Positions 59,041 to 64,000 of a stretch of 64,000 nt of DNA are shown in pieces. The stretch spans positions 54,507 to 118,506 of the forward strand of contig JAYZEG010000028.1 of NCBI GenBank assembly GCA_036337435.1, given 5' to 3'. Positions within the stretch are counted from its first letter, which is position 1. Each line of letters starts with the position of its first letter. The notes beneath the pieces are model-generated. The model worked only from the letters and a program-made list of their open reading frames with translations, was not told the DNA's origin and did not search any database. This DNA comes from Myxococcota bacterium (GTDB taxonomy: Bacteria; Myxococcota_A; Bradymonadia; UBA7976; UBA1532). The translations under genes were made by a program, and so were the position numbers.

Positions 59041-59316
59041 ATGGTTAGGTTGCTCCAATGCCTTTTATTACTGGCCGCAATGTCAATCGCGAGTACCGCT
59101 TGGGCTCAATCTTCCAATGAGGCCAACGCGGAGACCGAGGACGTAGAATACACGAAGAACACCGAGTACGATTTTGAAGATGACCTTGTGGAGGGGTCCT
59201 TTGTGCGGCCCGAGGGTGAGTACTTCAACGCTCAAAAGCGTGGACGGCACAGTAGCCTGATCCGCATTCGCCAAGACTTTGTTCCTGAGATGCTTAAGTC
59301 TGCAGAAGATATTTGA
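59041..59316 (+). CDS. gltF: adventurous gliding motility protein GltF/CglF
   Basis: signal peptide; T-YDFEDD-VEG---RPEG...SLIRIR-DF-PEM-KS. Confidence 0.85.
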   Translation: MVRLLQCLLLLAAMSIASTAWAQSSNEANAETEDVEYTKNTEYDFEDDLVEGSFVRPEGEYFNAQKRGRHSSLIRIRQDFVPEMLKSAEDI

Positions 59317-59355
59317 ACACTGGATATTTGAGTAAACATCGCGATCGAGGCCCAA

Positions 59356-61140
59356 TTGAGTAATCAGAATCCACCGATAAAGTTCGATATCTATGACGGC
59401 AGTCAGCTGATTCAAACTGAGGTTTTGGTAGATAACACCATCAAGATTGGCCGGTTGTCGTCGTCCCATTTGAAGTTGGATGACTCGACCATCTCGAGAA
59501 TGCACGCTGTCATCGAGGTCCATGGCAGCGACGATGTTGTGATTCTGGATTTGGGCAGCGATTCCGGGACTTGGGTCAACGGGGACCGTGTCAAAAATCG
59601 CAAAAAACTCAATTCGGGTGACCGAATCACCATTGGGCGCTTCACGGTTGTCCTGACGATGGCGCGACCCAAGGATCAGGCCAAGCCCGGAAGCCGTCCG
59701 AGTCGCTCCGCTGCGAAAAATATACCGCTCTTCGACCAGGACGATGATGGCCCAGGCGTCGACCGCGCTTTGGAAGTCCTCGTGATGTGGGGACAAACAG
59801 TCACCGACGTCACGCACCTCACCGAAGACGGCGAGTACACCATTGGAGAAGCGAAGGATGTCAGTCACTTTGCGCCTGAAGCGTTGTTGCCCGGACCGTC
59901 TTTTCCCTTAGCTCAATACATGGGCGGGATGATGGTGGTCAATGTGCCCGACGGAGTACCCGGTCAGGTCATGCTTGACGATCAGGTTTTTGGGCTCGAC
60001 CAATTGGCGGCAGCAGGTAAATTGAACGCAGGTGCGGTCTCTGGATCCCGCGGCTTGAAATTACCACCGCGAGGCCGATGTCGCTTAAAGATTGGCGGTC
60101 AATATTTTCTGATCAACTCGGTGCCCGCGCCCTCAAAAATCGGTCCTTTGCCGCTGATTCAAGCATTCGATCCGCAATTCCTTCGATACTTACTCGTCGG
60201 CTTTTGTTTGCACGCGCTGGTCGCCTTAATTCTTGCCCTCTATCCTGCGGGTGCGACCGGGCTTGATTTCGATGATTGGTCCATGGAGGACCGCTTTGCC
60301 GAAATGATGTTTGATGAAGAGAAAGAGCGTCTTGAAGAGCAGAAGAATTTCTTGAAGAAAATGAAGGAAGAGGGCGAGCAAAGCGCGAAGGCCAAAGACC
60401 GCCAAGGTAAGGCGGGTAAAAAGAATGAGAAGAAAAAAGACCGCCGGATGGCTATCGAAGGGCCGCAAGACAATAAGAAAATCGAGCTCGCGAAGAAGAG
60501 AGCCCGCGAGGAAGCGGTGGACACCGCAAAGAATGCGCTCAATCAGCTCGATCAGATGAGTGCGGCTTTCGCGACAGCGAACACGGCCATCGGCCGAGAC
60601 GCCGTACACGCCATCGGAGGATTGCAGGGGGCAAAGATCGGCGCATCAAGTGGCTTTGGCGGCCTGGGCTTGGCCGGTGTTGGTGAAGGGGGTGGAGGCC
60701 TCGGAACAAGCGTCGGTATTGGCTCCGTTGGTACATTGGGTCGGGGTTCGGGCGGCAAAGGCACGGGCTATGGCCGGGGCAAAGCGCGCACGGTGAAGCG
60801 GACGTCGAAAATGCCAACAATTGTTCTGAGAAGACCTAAGGTCTCTGGCGGCCTTGATATGGAGACGGTGCGTCGTATCATTAGGCGGAGCCGGAATCGA
60901 TTCAAGTACTGCTACGAGCAAGAATTGCAACGAAATCCGGATTTGGCAGGTAAGGTCAAAGTCAAATTCGTTATTTCGGGGCAGGGTAAGGTTCTGGTCT
61001 CACAAGTTATAGAAAATACTATGAAAAATCAGAAGGTGGGTCGCTGCATCAAGCGCATGACCAATCGATTACAGTTCCCCGCTGCCCGTGGCGGAGGAAC
61101 GACGACCGTGAGATACCCGTTCATGTTCAAGGGATCTTGA
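59356..61140 (+). CDS. gltG: gliding motility protein GltG (FHA + TM + coiled coil + Gly-rich + TonB_C-like AgmX/PglI domain)
   Basis: IKIGRLSSSHL-LDD--SRMHAVIE, DLGS--GTWVNG; KYCYE--L---P-L-GKV---FVI, FP---GGG---V-YPF-F. Confidence 0.88.
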   Translation: MSNQNPPIKFDIYDGSQLIQTEVLVDNTIKIGRLSSSHLKLDDSTISRMHAVIEVHGSDDVVILDLGSDSGTWVNGDRVKNRKKLNSGDRITIGRFTVVLTMARPKDQAKPGSRPSRSAAKNIPLFDQDDDGPGVDRALEVLVMWGQTVTDVTHLTEDGEYTIGEAKDVSHFAPEALLPGPSFPLAQYMGGMMVVNVPDGVPGQVMLDDQVFGLDQLAAAGKLNAGAVSGSRGLKLPPRGRCRLKIGGQYFLINSVPAPSKIGPLPLIQAFDPQFLRYLLVGFCLHALVALILALYPAGATGLDFDDWSMEDRFAEMMFDEEKERLEEQKNFLKKMKEEGEQSAKAKDRQGKAGKKNEKKKDRRMAIEGPQDNKKIELAKKRAREEAVDTAKNALNQLDQMSAAFATANTAIGRDAVHAIGGLQGAKIGASSGFGGLGLAGVGEGGGGLGTSVGIGSVGTLGRGSGGKGTGYGRGKARTVKRTSKMPTIVLRRPKVSGGLDMETVRRIIRRSRNRFKYCYEQELQRNPDLAGKVKVKFVISGQGKVLVSQVIENTMKNQKVGRCIKRMTNRLQFPAARGGGTTTVRYPFMFKGS

Positions 61141-61228
61141 AGCGGTCCGAGGCCCAAGACGATTGCGTTCATGTCCAGTGTCTCAACGCCTGAGGTGCTG
61201 GTCAATCAATCGCACATTGAGGAATTGG

Positions 61229-62095
61229 ATGACCAAGCGAACATTAACGTACCTACTTTGCTCTCTGTTTTTAGCGGGCTGCTATCAAGCGCGTAACGAC
61301 TCCATTCGGTTGATGAGTCAAGGCCTACAAATGGCCAAGAATGGCAACATTAATTCCGGCCTCAAGTTGCTTGAACAGGCGGCTAAGACCGATCCCACGA
61401 ATCACCGGGCAGTTTATTATCAAGGTATGTTGTATACCAAGCGTCTGGGGGACAGTGCCAAGGGCGCCCAGCTCTTGGAGGCGGCAATTAAGCTCAAGAA
61501 TACCAATTACGAGTACTTCTACCATCTGGGCTATGCCTATTACGTTCAAGACAAGGTGAAAATGGCCATCGAGGCCTACCGCCGAGCAATCGAATTGAAG
61601 CCTGACCACGCGGAAAGTCATCTGCGTTTAGGGATTGCACTGCATGCAGCATCACAGCATGATGCCGCGCAGCGCGCCTATCGAGATGCCATTAAACACG
61701 ATGGATATCTCGCCCTAGCGTACAACCGTCTTGGAAACCTTTATTTAGATTTTGAAGAGTACGCCCATGCCGCGCAGGTCTTTAAAAATGGCATCCAAAA
61801 CAATCCAAATTTTGGACGAAATTATCATGATCTTGGCATGGTGTACCGCTCTCAGGATAGATGGAAGGATGCCATCGCGTTCATGAAGAAAGGCTTGGAG
61901 CGAGAGCCAAAGCACACGGCAGGCTATTTCAACCTATCGATGACGTATCTCGATGCCGGCCAAAAGCGAAAAGCCTTGAACCAACTCAAAAGCTATTTGG
62001 CTCGAAGCGGATCGGACTCAGACCGACTTCGGATTCAAACCGCTGAACGGCACATACGGAAGCTAGATGCCGCTCTAGGTCGGGCAAAACGCTAA
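61229..62095 (+). CDS. TPR lipoprotein
   Basis: lipobox LAGC; successive TPRs (Y-LG--Y...A---Y--AI---P). Confidence 0.85.
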   Translation: MTKRTLTYLLCSLFLAGCYQARNDSIRLMSQGLQMAKNGNINSGLKLLEQAAKTDPTNHRAVYYQGMLYTKRLGDSAKGAQLLEAAIKLKNTNYEYFYHLGYAYYVQDKVKMAIEAYRRAIELKPDHAESHLRLGIALHAASQHDAAQRAYRDAIKHDGYLALAYNRLGNLYLDFEEYAHAAQVFKNGIQNNPNFGRNYHDLGMVYRSQDRWKDAIAFMKKGLEREPKHTAGYFNLSMTYLDAGQKRKALNQLKSYLARSGSDSDRLRIQTAERHIRKLDAALGRAKR

Positions 62096-62484
62096 CGCAC
62101 CCACCGCATCTGAACATGGGCCCGGTGCCAAAGTCTGCTCGATGAGCCGCCTTTCTCGTCATCGCGTCCTTAAACCAAGAAAAAAATCCGATTTTACGCG
62201 AATTTTCAGCTTTCAAAACGGCTCAAAGTTTTCATTTTTTCACCATTGAATTCAGATGTTTATGTTTTTTAAGTGGGGCTCCAGAGAAGACGGGCTCTGA
62301 GATCGTCGCTCTGTTCGCACGCTTTTGGCTGGTTGCGGGTGGATCCGAGCGAATGCTGTGCTACCATCCACCTAAAGGTATACGGGGGCGAAGGCAAAGT
62401 TACGTCGATTTCCATGGGGCATGGCCAATGACGTGGGGGGCTTGAGCTCATAACACCCAATTCAATTTGAGTGAGGCGTTCTCA

Positions 62485-64000
62485 ATGAGCGAACGGATTC
62501 GCGAGCTTTACGAAGCCATAAAAAATAATCCTGCTGATGCGGTTGCAAGACAGGGTCTAGTTGATGAGTTTACGACACAACAGGACTGGCCTGGTCTACT
62601 CGATTTACACCTGTTCATAGCTGACCATTCCGATGATCCGAGCACGCGAGCCAGTTGGCGTCATGCCGCCGCCGAGGTGGCTGAAAAAAATCTCAATGAC
62701 CCAATCAGAGCGATCGAATTGTACAACAGCAGTCTCGACGATGACCCAGACGGTGTTTTGGTGGCGCTGGCCCAGATGCGCCGCCTGTTGCGCGTGATTG
62801 AAGACTGGGAGAATTACGTTGAGGTGGCGCAAAACGAACTCGAGCTGACTGAGGATGGAGAAAGCGCGTCATTGATCTTACTCGAGATGGGCGATGTTTT
62901 TGAGAATTCCATCGGTGATTTAGACAATGCCATGGAGTGCTACCAGGTCGCATTTCAGTACGATAATCGGTGTGTAAAAGCACTTTGGGCCACGCGCCGA
63001 ATCTCTCGAGACAAACAAGATTGGCAGGCTGTTTGTGAGTCGCTGCAAATCGAACTTGAGTTGTCGCAAGAGGCGAATGCCCAGGTTGACATTTTGAGAG
63101 AGTTGGCCGGGCTCTATGCTCGCGAGTTGGACAGCGAAGACCAAGCGGAAAGTTGTTATCGACGCTTGCTTGAGCTGCAACCCGATGACCAGGCGGCTCT
63201 GAAGTTTCTCGGCTCCCATTTCGATGGAGAGAGTAACGAGGAAGGTTCGGACACCGTCCAAGTTGTTGCCACTGATTTTGAGCGAGAAACCATGGTGGGC
63301 TCGCCGAGTTTAGAGACCGAAGAAAACCATGAGTCCGGCCTGGAGTTTGACGAGCCTGATGACCTCCTCGAACGGGATACGGAACTCCACCAGCCTGTAG
63401 ATAGTTTGGCTGCCGATGATGGCGAAACGCCTGGCGAGCACGCTGCCAGCGATCCGTCTGCTGAGTTTTCGGAGCCGGATGAAATATCGTCTGGTCTGTC
63501 CGATGAAATTGAGGGTGAATCCCGCGATGCGGAGAGCGATCCGTTAGTCTCTGTAGACCAATCAGACAGCCAGTTGGGCGATGACGGTCGTGACTCAGTG
63601 GCTGCTGATGAGGCGGATTTGGTCGAGGACGACGGGGATAATGCGAACGATAATGCATCAGTCGATCCTGCCCTTGAGTCCGCCCCAATGGCTGAAATCA
63701 TTGAGGAGCAAGTTGAGGAACCAGCACCCGATGCGGAAGAGCGCTTAGAGATCTTTCTTGAGCGAGAAGCACTTGCAGATGATGCCGAGGGCGATGAACG
63801 CATCGAGCGGTTATTGGACGCGTTGGAATATGCTGATGGAGAGTCTGCCGGCCAATACTACCCTGAAGTTGTCGCGGCGCGACCGGACGACATCGGCGTT
63901 TATTGGCGCGTTGGCCGTGCTCTGAGATTGAGTGCCAGTCAGGCGCAGAGTATTGCAGCAAAGCTTGACGATTTAGCAACCAGTCAACCCGATGCCGCGG
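62485..64000 (+). CDS. large TPR-like protein, AgmK/GltI-like (3' truncated by window; absent from ORF track)
   Basis: GAGG RBS + ATG 62485: MSERIRELYEAIKNNPADAVARQGL...DW--L...AIELY...; no stop seen before window end; acidic linker ~63220-63800. Confidence 0.75.
   Translation, partial: MSERIRELYEAIKNNPADAVARQGLVDEFTTQQDWPGLLDLHLFIADHSDDPSTRASWRHAAAEVAEKNLNDPIRAIELYNSSLDDDPDGVLVALAQMRRLLRVIEDWENYVEVAQNELELTEDGESASLILLEMGDVFENSIGDLDNAMECYQVAFQYDNRCVKALWATRRISRDKQDWQAVCESLQIELELSQEANAQVDILRELAGLYARELDSEDQAESCYRRLLELQPDDQAALKFLGSHFDGESNEEGSDTVQVVATDFERETMVGSPSLETEENHESGLEFDEPDDLLERDTELHQPVDSLAADDGETPGEHAASDPSAEFSEPDEISSGLSDEIEGESRDAESDPLVSVDQSDSQLGDDGRDSVAADEADLVEDDGDNANDNASVDPALESAPMAEIIEEQVEEPAPDAEERLEIFLEREALADDAEGDERIERLLDALEYADGESAGQYYPEVVAARPDDIGVYWRVGRALRLSASQAQSIAAKLDDLATSQPDAA

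Noticed and set aside
62705..63979. Long minus-strand ORFs (327, 215 and 93 aa)
   Set aside because: They are antisense shadows of the + strand TPR/acidic ORF starting at 62485

Overview
This is a gene-dense chromosomal window from a myxobacterium-like bacterium (Myxococcota/Bradymonadia-type). The taxon is inferred from the gene content: Glt gliding proteins, CxxxDNDCD cysteine repeats, FHA proteins and a TonB_C-fused receptor. I found no rRNA, tRNA, CRISPR array, transposase or prophage. Housekeeping genes: an atypical murC-murD pair, biotin carboxylase plus carrier, ruvCAB, pyk, mutS-xerD-M50 protease-scpA, a convergent scpB, and rpsP-khpA-rimM-trmD-rplS-rnhB-yraN. Accessory modules: an ExbB-ExbD-TonB-TBDR operon followed by half-TolC-like and lamin-tail proteins, and an orphan ParA with two TRASH-like zinc fingers plus an RHH partner behind DnaA-box-like sites. 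Also present are an FHA-fused, catalytically dead CpaF/TadA-like ATPase with a double-FHA membrane partner, and a PilZ-HDOD-GAF/sigma54 cassette next to a sigma54 promoter with three enhancer-like palindromes upstream of a DnaJ-like gene. A divergent sulfatase-like pair and a compact gliding-motility cluster (cglC, gltC, gltD, gltE, gltF, gltG, a TPR lipoprotein, and a gltI/agmK-like ORF running off the window) complete the set. A hand-folded ~190-nt rod RNA candidate (6S-like) lies between ruvC and exbB. The best candidates for undescribed systems are the TRASH-ParA/RHH pair, the FHA pseudo-ATPase pair and the variant MurC/MurD pair. All calls come from reading motifs by eye; no database search was run.
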